Shown here: positions 52,418 through 61,520 of the stretch, in pieces | Layout of the letters: the number at the start of each line of letters is the position of its first letter | How positions within the stretch are numbered: position 1 is the first letter of the stretch | Source: Acidimicrobiia bacterium | GTDB taxonomy: Bacteria; Actinomycetota; Acidimicrobiia; IMCC26256; DASPTH01 | Assembly (NCBI GenBank): GCA_040510575.1 | Contig: JBEVIU010000102.1 | Span: forward strand, 1-62,273 | DNA length: 62,273 nt | Direction of reading: 5' to 3' | Position numbers and translations under genes: made by a program | The notes under the pieces: generated by a model | What the model saw: only the letters and a program-made list of their open reading frames with translations | The model's database searches: none | What the model was told of the DNA's origin: nothing

Positions 52418-52463
52418 GCAGAGCGGCCCCGTTTCACGTCGCGGCTCGCTGCCCCGAGCGCGG

Positions 52464-53138
52464 TCAGCTCGCCGCAAGCTTCAGGCGAAACCACGCACGA
52501 GCCACGATCGAATCGAAGGTCGGCGGGTCGACTTCGCTCCCCCCCGCCCCGATCACGATCACGGCGTTGTTCTCCCGCACGTACGCGACGTCGGCAACCC
52601 ATCGCTCAGGCTCCAGAGGACTTTGACCCGCAAGCGTGCGTGTGGTCCTGTCCTGGATCGCGAACCGCTGATCGCCAATCGGCATCGTCGGAAGCCGCGA
52701 CGCCGCGATGGTCGTCACGTTGCCCGTGACGGGATCTGAAATCTCAGTGGTCGTGCACGACAGCGCTGCTGCCTTGCTCCGCACCACGAACGTGCTTGCC
52801 TTCCTGCTGGAAGGGAAGACGTAGATGGCCTCAGCCGCGCCTACGCCGGGAGGGTTCGTGACGAAGGCGACGTTGCCATGCGTGGAGGACCCTGTTCGAA
52901 GGGCGCGAGCATCGGCGTTCGGGCCGTTGCAGCGCCCTACAGGTGACGGCGTTTCGAGCGGCTCGTTCTGCCACTCGACGAAGCCCGGAAAATCGAGGGG
53001 CGGCAGATCCTCGACCTCGATGAGGGCGTCGGTCATCTCGGCTGGCTCGAGCGTGCCCGAATGGTCGTTCGCTTCAGCGGCCGGCCCGAGCGCGCCGACC
53101 GTCACGGCCACGACCGCACTGACGACGAACCGGCGCAT
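52464..53138 (-). CDS. secreted hypothetical protein
   Basis: 224 aa with signal peptide MRRFVVSAVVAVTVGALGPAAEA and two Cys residues. No family was confidently recognised. Confidence 0.7.
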   Translation of the reverse strand: MRRFVVSAVVAVTVGALGPAAEANDHSGTLEPAEMTDALIEVEDLPPLDFPGFVEWQNEPLETPSPVGRCNGPNADARALRTGSSTHGNVAFVTNPPGVGAAEAIYVFPSSRKASTFVVRSKAAALSCTTTEISDPVTGNVTTIAASRLPTMPIGDQRFAIQDRTTRTLAGQSPLEPERWVADVAYVRENNAVIVIGAGGSEVDPPTFDSIVARAWFRLKLAAS

Positions 53139-53248
53139 CTACCTACGGTAGACGGCCGTTTCGCGGCCAATTTCACAGTGCCGAGATGGGCAGTCGTTGA
53201 CGCGAACGACCGTGCCGATCCTCTCGACGACGCGGAACCGCAGAGCGG

Positions 53249-53608
53249 CTACTTGAACCAGATGCGCTGGTACTCGCGGCTCATGGGGTGCACGAGCAGG
53301 GCGACGAGCGCGCCGTCGAACAGCAGGCTGATGATCGCGGTCGAGGTGAGCACCGACGCGCCGAACACGGCGATCAACATGACCACCTGCAGCACGGCAC
53401 CGACCACGGCAACCGCGTAGCCCCAGCGCTTCTCGTTCGCGATGCCGAACCCACCGGCTCCGAGCAGGGCGATGATCGCGAGCTGCGTCAGCACCGAGGT
53501 GGCGGCCACACCGAAGATCAGCCCGAAGACGGCGTCGATGTAGCAGAGGAACGTCGCGATCACGAGGGTCTGCGGCTGGAAATGATTGACCCACTTCCAA
53601 TTGTTCAC
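53249..53608 (-). CDS. small 4-TM membrane protein, hypothetical
   Basis: 119 aa with four hydrophobic helices. Its ATG overlaps the rlmN stop (ATGA). Confidence 0.7.
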   Translation of the reverse strand: MNNWKWVNHFQPQTLVIATFLCYIDAVFGLIFGVAATSVLTQLAIIALLGAGGFGIANEKRWGYAVAVVGAVLQVVMLIAVFGASVLTSTAIISLLFDGALVALLVHPMSREYQRIWFK

Positions 53609-54678
53609 GGGCTCATTCTTGTCGATGACGGAGGGGCGACGGGTATCGCCATGCGGGCCCGGAGCTGACCGCAGGCGGCGTCGATGTCGGTGCCGCGGTT
53701 GCGTCGCACCGTCGCGGTCACTCCCCGGGCTGCGAGCCGGTCGGCGAACACCTTGAGACGGGCGGCGGGCGCGGCACGGCCCTTGTACTCGGCTGTGGCG
53801 TTGAGCGGGATCAGGTTCACGTGGGCACCCCCGGCGCCGGGGAACGTGTGGAGCAGTCCGCCCAAGCGGTCGGCCTGCTCGGGATGGTCGTTGACCCCGG
53901 CGATGCAGGCGTACTCGAACGTGATCCGGCGACCGTGCGCACCGGCGAAGTCGGCGGCCGCGTCGAGCACCTCGGCGATCGGGTAGCGGCGGTTGAGGGG
54001 GACGAGCTTGTCGCGCAGCGCGTCGTCGGGCGCGTGCAAGGAGATGGCGAGGGTCACGGGGAGCTCCTCGGTGGCGAGACGGCGGATCCCGGGGACGACG
54101 CCCACGGTGCTCACCGTGAGCCGCCGGGCGGAGATGCCGAAGTCGGCGTGCAGGCGCTCGACCGCGGCCCAGGTGTTGTCGTAGTTCGCGAGCGGCTCGC
54201 CCATGCCCATGAAGACGACGTTGCTCACGCGTTGCGGGGCGGCGTGGGCGGCACGGGCGACCTGCTCCACGATCTCACCGGCGTCGAGATGACGCTCGAA
54301 GCCCGCCTGCCCGGTGGCGCAGAACGTGCACCCCATCGCGCAGCCGGCCTGCGAGGACACGCACACGGTGGCGCGAGTGGGGGAGCGCATCAGCACGGTC
54401 TCGACCTGGGCGCCGCCGCGCGCACACGTCCACAGCCACTTGGTGGTCATCTCGTCGGACGACGTCGTCGACGTGGAGAGGTCGAGCGCGAGCGGCAGCG
54501 CCTCGGCCAAGCGCTCGCGCAACGCGCGCGGCAACGCGGTCGCGTCGTCGAGCGGCCGCGGCGCGAGCAGGGCCTCCCACGCCTGGGTCGCGCGGTACTT
54601 CGGCTCGCCCCACGACTCGAGGAGCGCGGTGACATCGTCGCGGCTCGCCGCGTACCGGGAGCTCGGTGACTCGGTCAT
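53605..54678 (-). CDS. rlmN: 23S rRNA (adenine2503-C2)-methyltransferase RlmN (radical SAM)
   Basis: 357 aa from the ATG at 54678. It has the radical-SAM cluster motif CAMGCTFCATG, ..GEPLANYD.., ..LAISLHAP.. and a C-terminal ..DIDAACGQL... Confidence 0.92.
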   Translation of the reverse strand: MTESPSSRYAASRDDVTALLESWGEPKYRATQAWEALLAPRPLDDATALPRALRERLAEALPLALDLSTSTTSSDEMTTKWLWTCARGGAQVETVLMRSPTRATVCVSSQAGCAMGCTFCATGQAGFERHLDAGEIVEQVARAAHAAPQRVSNVVFMGMGEPLANYDNTWAAVERLHADFGISARRLTVSTVGVVPGIRRLATEELPVTLAISLHAPDDALRDKLVPLNRRYPIAEVLDAAADFAGAHGRRITFEYACIAGVNDHPEQADRLGGLLHTFPGAGGAHVNLIPLNATAEYKGRAAPAARLKVFADRLAARGVTATVRRNRGTDIDAACGQLRARMAIPVAPPSSTRMSP

Positions 54679-55622
54679 GAGCCCACTGCCTCGACATCGC
54701 GTGCGTACGCCCGATCGGTTCGGTGATCGACGAACCCGAGTGCGCGGTACAACCCCACCGCCGCAGCGTTGGCGCCGTCGACGTAGAGCATGCCGACGGT
54801 GATGCCACGGTCCGCCAGCGACTCGAGGCCACCCGTGGTGAGCGCGCGCCCGAGCCCGCGCGCGTGCCACCGAGGATCCGCACCGATCACGTAGATCTCG
54901 CCGAGCGCCACGGGCTCACGCGGTGGTTTCGGTGGGTGCACCTTCGTCCAGCAGAACCCGGCCATGCCCTCGTCGTCGAACGCGACGAGGAAACCGGCGG
55001 GGTCGAACCAGTCTTCGGCCTCGCGCTGCTCGATGAGGTCGATCGTCCAGTCACCCTGCTCGGGGTGCTCGGCGAAGGCGCGGTTGTTGACCGGCAGCCA
55101 CGCCTCCTCGTCGACGCCGCGACGGAAGGTGCGCACGGTGACACCGTCGGGCCAGGCGGCCGCCGTCGGCAGGGGCAGTGGCACCCGGAGCTGGAGGAGG
55201 TCGCGGTCGTGGGCGAAACCGGTGGTGGCGGCCAGCGCGTCGTCGTCGACGGAGACGCCGTGGGCCCAGAGCGTGACCCGCCCTCCACCCGCATCGGCGA
55301 TGGAGCTGATCGCTTGTGCCACCAGGGACGGTCGCAGGTCGTGGGCGCAGTCGAGTGTCGCCAGCTCCAACGACCACTCGTCGGGGTGGTGGTGTGATGC
55401 ATGGGCATACGCCACGACGGTGCCGTCGTCGTCGCTGACCAGCACTCCGCGGTCGCCGAGCACGCTGTTGCCGGCGATGCCGGCCCACGTCTCGGCTCCG
55501 AGCGGCTCGACCCCCGTGACAGCTTCGACCGAGTCGGCGAGCACTCGGAGTGCCTCCGCGTCGGAGGGCGTGAACGCGTCGAGCACGCGCGTGGTGGTCA
55601 CGTAGGGAGGGTACCGGGCCAT
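54675..55622 (-). CDS. mshD: mycothiol synthase (tandem GNAT)
   Basis: 315 aa. ..VNNRAFAEHPEQGDWT..AEDWFDPAGFLVAF..GFCWTKVHP..LGEIYVIGADP..RGLGRAL..LYVDGANAAAVGLYRALGF closely parallels remembered mycobacterial MshD. Confidence 0.85.
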   Translation of the reverse strand: MARYPPYVTTTRVLDAFTPSDAEALRVLADSVEAVTGVEPLGAETWAGIAGNSVLGDRGVLVSDDDGTVVAYAHASHHHPDEWSLELATLDCAHDLRPSLVAQAISSIADAGGGRVTLWAHGVSVDDDALAATTGFAHDRDLLQLRVPLPLPTAAAWPDGVTVRTFRRGVDEEAWLPVNNRAFAEHPEQGDWTIDLIEQREAEDWFDPAGFLVAFDDEGMAGFCWTKVHPPKPPREPVALGEIYVIGADPRWHARGLGRALTTGGLESLADRGITVGMLYVDGANAAAVGLYRALGFVDHRTDRAYARDVEAVGS

Positions 55623-55697
55623 CGTTCGCGGCTCTGTGTCCGTATAGGTTGCAAGGTGGGCGCGGCGGCGCTCGCGAGCACATCGGTTGGAGGCGTG

Positions 55698-56468
55698 ATG
55701 CGGATCGACAAGTACGAACCCGGCGTGCCGTCGTGGGTCGACCTGGGCGCCCCCGACCCCCAGCTGGCCGCCGACTTCTACGGTGCGCTGTTCGGCTGGG
55801 ACGCGCCGGAAGGTCCCGCCGAGGGCGGTGGCTATCGGGTCGCCATGGTCGGCGACGCGGCCGTCGCCGGCATCGGGCCGCAGCAGAACCCCGGACCACC
55901 GGTGTGGGCCACGTACGTGAACGTCGAGGACGCCGACGCGGTGGCAGCCTCCGTGACCGAGCACGGTGGCCAGGTGCTCGTGCCCCCCATGGACGTGATG
56001 GACGCGGGCCGCATGGCGGTGTTCACGGACCCCATGGGCGCGGTGTTCTCCGTCTGGCAACCCAACCAACATCCGGGCGCGCAGCTGGTCAACGAGCCCG
56101 GCACGTGGAGCTGGAGCGAGCTCATCACCAGCGACGTGCCCGCGTCGAAGGCGTTCTACGGCGCAGTGTTCGGTTGGGGTGCCGAGACCCACGGTGACGG
56201 ACCGGGCGCGTACACCGAGTGGCAGGTCGGCGGTCGTTCGGTGAGCGGCCTGATGGAGAAGCCACCGGGTATGCCGGCCGACGTGCCGTCGCACTGGGGC
56301 GTCTACTTCTCGGTGGAGGACACCGACGCCGCGATCGAGCGCATCAAGGAGCTCGGCGGCGCGCTCGTCATGCCGCCGATGCAGGTCGAGCCCGGACGCA
56401 TGGCCGTGGTCACCGATCCCGCGGGTGCCACGTTCAACATCATCCAGCTCGCCGAAGCATCCAGCTGA
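55698..56468 (+). CDS. VOC family protein (two glyoxalase-like modules)
   Basis: 256 aa. The repeated pattern reads ..PSWVDLGAPDPQLAADFYGALFGW.. and ..WSWSELITSDVPASKAFYGAVFGW.., each followed by ..GRMAV.TDP.GA.F... Confidence 0.85.
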   Translation: MRIDKYEPGVPSWVDLGAPDPQLAADFYGALFGWDAPEGPAEGGGYRVAMVGDAAVAGIGPQQNPGPPVWATYVNVEDADAVAASVTEHGGQVLVPPMDVMDAGRMAVFTDPMGAVFSVWQPNQHPGAQLVNEPGTWSWSELITSDVPASKAFYGAVFGWGAETHGDGPGAYTEWQVGGRSVSGLMEKPPGMPADVPSHWGVYFSVEDTDAAIERIKELGGALVMPPMQVEPGRMAVVTDPAGATFNIIQLAEASS

Positions 56469-56470
56469 GC

Positions 56471-57127
56471 GTGGCGCGTCCGCGGGGCGCGAAGGCGCGC
56501 GCAGCCGAAGTCGTCCCGCGCCTGGCGCGCGCGTATCCGGACGCGGAGTGCGCCCTCGTACACGACGGTCCGTTCCAACTCCTGACCGCGACGATTCTCT
56601 CCGCGCAGACGACCGACGAGAACGTCAACAAGGTCACGCCCGCGCTGTTCGCCAGATATCCGACGGCCGACGACCTCGCGCACGCGGATCCCGACGACGT
56701 GGAGCGGATCATCCACTCGACGGGCTTCTTCCGCTCGAAGGCCAAGAACATCATCGGCATGGCGCAAGCGCTCGAGGATCGGTTCGACGGCGTGGTGCCG
56801 ACGGAGCTCGACGACCTCGTGAGCCTTCCGGGCGTCGGACGCAAGACCGGGAACGTGGTGCGTTCGGTCGCGTTCGACCTCCCGGGGCTTCCTGTCGACA
56901 CGCACGTCGGACGGCTCGCTCGTCGGCTGAAGCTCACCAACGAGACCGACCCGGTGAAGGCGGAGCTCGACCTCAACGGGCTGATCGCGCCCGAGGAGCG
57001 CGGGCGGTTCAGCCTGCGACTGATCCTCCACGGCCGGCAGGTCTGCTTCGCCCGCAAGCCGAACTGCGCGGTGTGCGTGCTGCTCGATCTGTGCCCGTCG
57101 GCCGATCCCAGCGGGGCGTCGGGCTAA
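56471..57127 (+). CDS. nth: endonuclease III
   Basis: 218 aa from GTG at 56471. It has ..LLTATILSAQTTDENVN.., the HhH-GPD motif LPGVGRKTGNVV..VDTHV and the 4Fe-4S cluster loop CFARKPNCAVCVLLDLC. Confidence 0.92.
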   Translation: MARPRGAKARAAEVVPRLARAYPDAECALVHDGPFQLLTATILSAQTTDENVNKVTPALFARYPTADDLAHADPDDVERIIHSTGFFRSKAKNIIGMAQALEDRFDGVVPTELDDLVSLPGVGRKTGNVVRSVAFDLPGLPVDTHVGRLARRLKLTNETDPVKAELDLNGLIAPEERGRFSLRLILHGRQVCFARKPNCAVCVLLDLCPSADPSGASG

Positions 57128-57321
57128 TCGGCGAGCGCCCTGGAGGCGCGCGCCAGTGCTCGGCGGGCGGCGATGAGGGACCGCTCGGCGAGGTCGAGGT
57201 CGTTGGTGATCGCGGAGTCGGGCGAGTTGCGGTAGCGGTCGCCCACGGTCTCGACGCGGAGGGCAAGGTCGTCGAGCTGCGCGCCGATCGTGGACAGCTC
57301 GGCGATGTCGGAGTGGGCCAT
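57124..57321 (-). CDS. small helical protein, hypothetical
   Basis: 65 aa from the ATG at 57321, preceded by GGGGAGG, with high GC3. Its 3' end overlaps the nth stop by 4 nt. Confidence 0.45.
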   Translation of the reverse strand: MAHSDIAELSTIGAQLDDLALRVETVGDRYRNSPDSAITNDLDLAERSLIAARRALARASRALAD

Positions 57322-57407
57322 GGCCCCAGCCTCCCCACACGAATGGCTTGCTGGGCAAGTTGGAGACGCTCTTTTCACGGCCGGAGCGCGAGATCCTCAC
57401 GGTTACC

Positions 57408-58715
57408 ATGAGCCACACCGTGCTCACCAGACTCGATCTTCGCGGCGTTGCCGACCTCGCGGCTGCGCTCCCGGCCCCTGATGCCGACGACGAGCCGCGC
57501 GCCGCGGCGCGCGAACTCATCCGTGAGGTTCGCGACGGCGGCGACGCTGCCCTCCGCGCGATCACCCGCCGTTTCGACGGTTGCGACGTCGACGATCTGC
57601 GCGTGTCGCCCGCGATCCTGATCGACGCGTTGGCGAACGCGGACCCTGAGTTCCGGAGTGCACTGGCACACGCTGCGAGTGCGATCCGCACCTACCACAC
57701 AGCCCAGCTCACCGAGGCGCCTGCCGTCGAGACGGATGGCATCTCGGTGCGCGAGCTCGACCTCCCAGTGGCGCGTGCGGGCTGCTACGTGCCCGGCGGG
57801 CGCGCGACCTACCCGTCGACCGTGCTCATGACGGTGATCCCCGCGCAGGTCGCCGGTGTCCACGAGGTGGTGGTGTGCGCGCCGCCCGGGCCCGACGGAG
57901 AGATCGCCGCCCCGACCCTCGCGGCGGCGGCCGCGCTCGGTGTCGACGAGGTGTATCGCATCGGTGGTGCACAGGCGATCGCCGCGCTCACCTACGGCAC
58001 CGAGAGCATCCGACCGGTCGACGTGATCGTCGGGCCAGGCAACGCGTACGTGTCCGCAGCGAAGCGCGAGGTCGTGGGCACGGTCGGCATCGACTCTCTC
58101 GCCGGTCCCTCCGAGGTGGTGGTGGTGGCCGATGCCACTGCGCCGCCCGAGTTCGTGGCCGCCGACCTGTTGGCGCAGGCGGAGCACGGGCCCGGTGGTA
58201 CGGCGGTGGTCATCACGTGGGATCCCGCCACGGCCGACGCCATCGAATCCGAAGTCGAGCGCCAGCTCGGCGAGATGGACCGCGTCGACGAGGCACGCGC
58301 CACGCTCGCATCGGGCGGGCGGATCGTGCTCGTCGACGGCCCTGTCGAGGCCATGGTGGCCGTGAACGTGATCGCGCCCGAGCACCTGCAACTCATGACC
58401 GTCGATCCCGACGCCTTGCTCGCGCACGTGCGCAACGCCGGCGCGGTGTTCCTCGGTCCCTGGGCGCCCGCCGCACTCGGCGACTACGTGGCCGGCGTGA
58501 ACCACGTGTTGCCGACCGCCCGAACCGCGCGGTTTGCGAGCGCGCTGCGCGTCGACACGTTTCGCAAGCACGTCCACGTGGTGGAAGCCACTGCGGCCGG
58601 CCTGGCCGGTGTCGCCCCCTACATCGAGACGCTCGCCGAAGTCGAGGGATTGGGCGCGCACGCCCGCAGCGTCCGCCAGCGCGGCGCCGTCACGCTGAGC
58701 GAGGAGCGTCGATGA
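57408..58715 (+). CDS. hisD: histidinol dehydrogenase
   Basis: 435 aa from the ATG at 57408. It carries ..YVPGGRATYPSTVLM.., ..IGGAQAIAAL.YGTESI..VD.IVGPGN.YV.. and ..AQAEHGP... Confidence 0.93.
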   Translation: MSHTVLTRLDLRGVADLAAALPAPDADDEPRAAARELIREVRDGGDAALRAITRRFDGCDVDDLRVSPAILIDALANADPEFRSALAHAASAIRTYHTAQLTEAPAVETDGISVRELDLPVARAGCYVPGGRATYPSTVLMTVIPAQVAGVHEVVVCAPPGPDGEIAAPTLAAAAALGVDEVYRIGGAQAIAALTYGTESIRPVDVIVGPGNAYVSAAKREVVGTVGIDSLAGPSEVVVVADATAPPEFVAADLLAQAEHGPGGTAVVITWDPATADAIESEVERQLGEMDRVDEARATLASGGRIVLVDGPVEAMVAVNVIAPEHLQLMTVDPDALLAHVRNAGAVFLGPWAPAALGDYVAGVNHVLPTARTARFASALRVDTFRKHVHVVEATAAGLAGVAPYIETLAEVEGLGAHARSVRQRGAVTLSEERR

Positions 58716-59788
58716 GCGCGCGTGTCCCGCCGCGCAGCGACCTCTCCGCGCTCGAGGGCTACCACTCTCCTCAGCTCGACGTGTCGGTGCGTCTGAACAC
58801 CAACGAGAGTCCGTTCGCGCCGCCGCCGGAGTTCGTCGAGCGCTGGCTCGCCGAGGTGCGCGACACGCCGCTCAACCGGTATCCCGATCGTGGAGCACGT
58901 GCGCTCCGCGACGCGTTGGCCAAGCAGATCGGGCAACCCGCGGAGCGATTGTTCTGCGCCAACGGCTCGAACGAGGTGCTGCAGACGCTGCTCCTCACCT
59001 ATGGGGGGCCGGGTCGTCGCATCGTCACCTTCGAGCCGACGTACGCGTTGCACTCGCACATCGCACGTATCACGGGCACGGAGGTGGTGAGCGGGGAGCG
59101 TGCCGACGACTTCACGATCGACGTGTCTTCAGCACGTGCGCTGATCGCGGAGGCCCAGCCGACGATCGTCTTCGCGTGCAGCCCCAACAACCCGACGGGA
59201 ACCGTCGAGCCGCAGGCGACGATCACCGCGCTGCTCGAAGCCACCGACGGTTTCGTCGTGGTCGACGAGGCGTACGGCGAGTTTGCGCCGCGGAGCTCGC
59301 TCGACGCGGTCGACGACGACGGTCGCCTGATCGTGGTGCGTACCTATTCCAAGGTCTGGTCGCTCGCCGCAGTTCGGCTGGGCTTCGCGGTGGCGCCCGC
59401 CTCGGTGGTCGACCAGCTCGAGAGGGTCGTGCTCCCGTACCACCTCTCCGTTCCCACGCAAGAGGCCGGTCGCGTCGCGCTCGACTGGAGCGACGAGATG
59501 GCGGCACGGGTCGAACAGCTCGTGCGCGAGCGCGAGCGGATCCTCACGGTGATGCGAAACCTGCCGGGGATCACGGTGTTCGACTCCGGGGCGAACTTCA
59601 TCCTGTTCCGGGTCCACGGCAGTGGTCGGGCGCTGTGGGAACGTCTGGTTTCGCACAGCGTGCTGGTGCGCGACTGCTCGAGTTGGCCTCGGCTGGCCGA
59701 GTGCTTGCGCGTCACGGTCGGCACACCCGAAGAGAACGACGCGTTCCTCGACGCGCTGCAGTCATCGATCGCGGAGGTGGTGGGCTGA
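58712..59788 (+). CDS. hisC: histidinol-phosphate aminotransferase
   Basis: 358 aa with an ATGA overlap with hisD. It carries ..LNTNESPF.., ..NPNNPTG-like SPNNPTG.. and the PLP lysine region RTYSKVWSLAAVRLGF. Confidence 0.92.
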   Translation: MSARVPPRSDLSALEGYHSPQLDVSVRLNTNESPFAPPPEFVERWLAEVRDTPLNRYPDRGARALRDALAKQIGQPAERLFCANGSNEVLQTLLLTYGGPGRRIVTFEPTYALHSHIARITGTEVVSGERADDFTIDVSSARALIAEAQPTIVFACSPNNPTGTVEPQATITALLEATDGFVVVDEAYGEFAPRSSLDAVDDDGRLIVVRTYSKVWSLAAVRLGFAVAPASVVDQLERVVLPYHLSVPTQEAGRVALDWSDEMAARVEQLVRERERILTVMRNLPGITVFDSGANFILFRVHGSGRALWERLVSHSVLVRDCSSWPRLAECLRVTVGTPEENDAFLDALQSSIAEVVG

Positions 59789-60369
59789 TGGCCCGTACGG
59801 CAACGAAGCACCGGGAGACGAAGGAGACCACCATCGACCTCGTGCTCGACGTCGACGGCACCGGCACGGCCAGCGCGTCGACCGGGATCCCCTTCTTCGA
59901 CCACATGCTCGAGCAACTCGGCAAGCACGGCGGGTTCGACCTTCGCATCGACGCGACCGGTGACCTCGACATCGACCTCCACCACACGATCGAAGACGTG
60001 GGGATCGTGTTCGGCGGCGCGTTCGCGGAGGCGCTTGGCGACAAGGCCGGTGTGCGTCGCTTCGCCAACGCGCTCGTGCCGCTCGACGAAGCATTGGTGC
60101 AGGTGGCGCTCGACCTGTCGGGTCGTCCCTTCCTCGTCTACGACGTCGACCCGGTGTCGGAGTGGATCGGGACCTTCGACCCGCAGCTGACGGAGGAGTT
60201 CTGGCGGGCCTTCACCGTCGCGGCCGGGATCACGCTGCACATCCGCTCGCTCAGCGGCAAGAACGGTCACCACGTGATCGAAGCGTCGTTCAAAGGTGTG
60301 GCGCGCGCGTTGCGGGATGCGGTTCGCATCGAAGGCAGCGGCGTGCCGTCGACCAAGGGCACGCTCTGA
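59788..60369 (+). CDS. hisB: imidazoleglycerol-phosphate dehydratase
   Basis: 193 aa with a 1-nt overlap with the hisC stop. It carries ..RETKETTIDL.., ..GIPFFDHML.., ..DLHHTIEDVGI.. and ..GKNGHHVIEASFKG.. Confidence 0.93.
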   Translation: MARTATKHRETKETTIDLVLDVDGTGTASASTGIPFFDHMLEQLGKHGGFDLRIDATGDLDIDLHHTIEDVGIVFGGAFAEALGDKAGVRRFANALVPLDEALVQVALDLSGRPFLVYDVDPVSEWIGTFDPQLTEEFWRAFTVAAGITLHIRSLSGKNGHHVIEASFKGVARALRDAVRIEGSGVPSTKGTL

Positions 60370-61115
60370 GCGCGTCCGAGAGCCCGTTCGAGCTGTATCC
60401 CGCGATCGACCTGCGCGACGGCCGGTGTGTCCGGCTGTACCAGGGCGACTACGCGCAGGAGACGGTCTACGACGAGGATCCGGTGGGTGTCGCTCGCGCG
60501 TTCTCCGATGCAGGTGCGCCGTGGATCCACGTGGTGGACCTCGATGCGGCACGCACCGGCGCGGCTACCAACCTCGCGGTGATCGAAGCGATCTGCAGCG
60601 CCGTGCCGAGCAGAGTGCAGTCGGGCGGGGGAGTGCGGAGTGCCGAGGCTGCAGCCGCGTTGCTCGACGCGGGTGTGCACCGGGTCGTGGTCGGGACAGC
60701 CGCCATCGAGCACCCCGAACTGGTCGACACGTTGGGGACGAAGCATCCTGGGCGCGTCGCCGTCGGGCTCGACGCGCGGGGGATGGAAGTTGCGGTGCGG
60801 GGATGGGTCGAGGGATCTGGCGCGGATCTCGTGGCCACCGCGGGAGCGTTCGACAGTGCCGTCGTGGGCGCACTCGTGGTCACCTCGATCGCGGTCGACG
60901 GCACGCTCGCGGGTCCCGACATCGCGCAACTCACGGCCGTGCTCGCCGCCACCTCGGTGCCGGTGATCGCCAGCGGCGGCGTCGGCACCCTCGACGATCT
61001 CCGAGCGCTGCGCAAGCTCCGCGTCGGCGACCGCACGTTGGGAGGCGTGATCGCGGGCAAGGCGATCTACGAAGGCCGCTTCACCGTGCCCGAAGCCCTC
61101 ACCGCCATCAAGTAG
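60366..61115 (+). CDS. hisA: HisA/PriA-type (beta/alpha)8 isomerase (ProFAR isomerase)
   Basis: ..ELYPAIDLRDGRCVRLYQGDY..VVDLDAAR..GGGVRS..VVVGTAA..SGGVGTLDDL..GVIAGKAIYEG. There is no ATG/GTG/TTG between 60162 and the catalytic Asp. The start is therefore placed at the CTG overlapping the hisB TGA, and this start is uncertain. Confidence 0.85.
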   Translation: MSASESPFELYPAIDLRDGRCVRLYQGDYAQETVYDEDPVGVARAFSDAGAPWIHVVDLDAARTGAATNLAVIEAICSAVPSRVQSGGGVRSAEAAAALLDAGVHRVVVGTAAIEHPELVDTLGTKHPGRVAVGLDARGMEVAVRGWVEGSGADLVATAGAFDSAVVGALVVTSIAVDGTLAGPDIAQLTAVLAATSVPVIASGGVGTLDDLRALRKLRVGDRTLGGVIAGKAIYEGRFTVPEALTAIK

Positions 61116-61192
61116 CCGACCCCCCATTGCGCAACCTGCGTCGAAGTAGGCGAATGATCGCGGTGAAGTGACGCCGGTTCGTTGTCGACGGG

Positions 61193-61426
61193 TCAGGCTC
61201 GGGGTTCGCGGGCGAGGAACACGTACGAGAGGATCATCCCGGCGACGGCGGGGATGATCGCCAGGAGCGCGGGTACGCCCACCAGCGCAGCGATCCCGGT
61301 GAGGACGTAGCCCGCAATGCGGGCCGTCGCTGCCTCGCTGCCGATCGCGTGACGGACCTTCATCAGGAACGTGAAGATCGCAAGCGCGAACGCGGCGACC
61401 GCCACGAGCACCTGCCACGACTCCAC
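61193..61426 (-). CDS. small 2-TM membrane protein, hypothetical
   Basis: 77 aa with two hydrophobic helices and high GC3. Confidence 0.55.
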   Translation of the reverse strand: MESWQVLVAVAAFALAIFTFLMKVRHAIGSEAATARIAGYVLTGIAALVGVPALLAIIPAVAGMILSYVFLAREPRA

Positions 61427-61520
61427 CGCGTGATCCTCGCGCGGTGTCGAGCCTGATCAGGGCTCGGGCGGGCTCCACGCTGACAACGGTGATCGGACGC
61501 CGGCAGTGACCGACGCGCGT

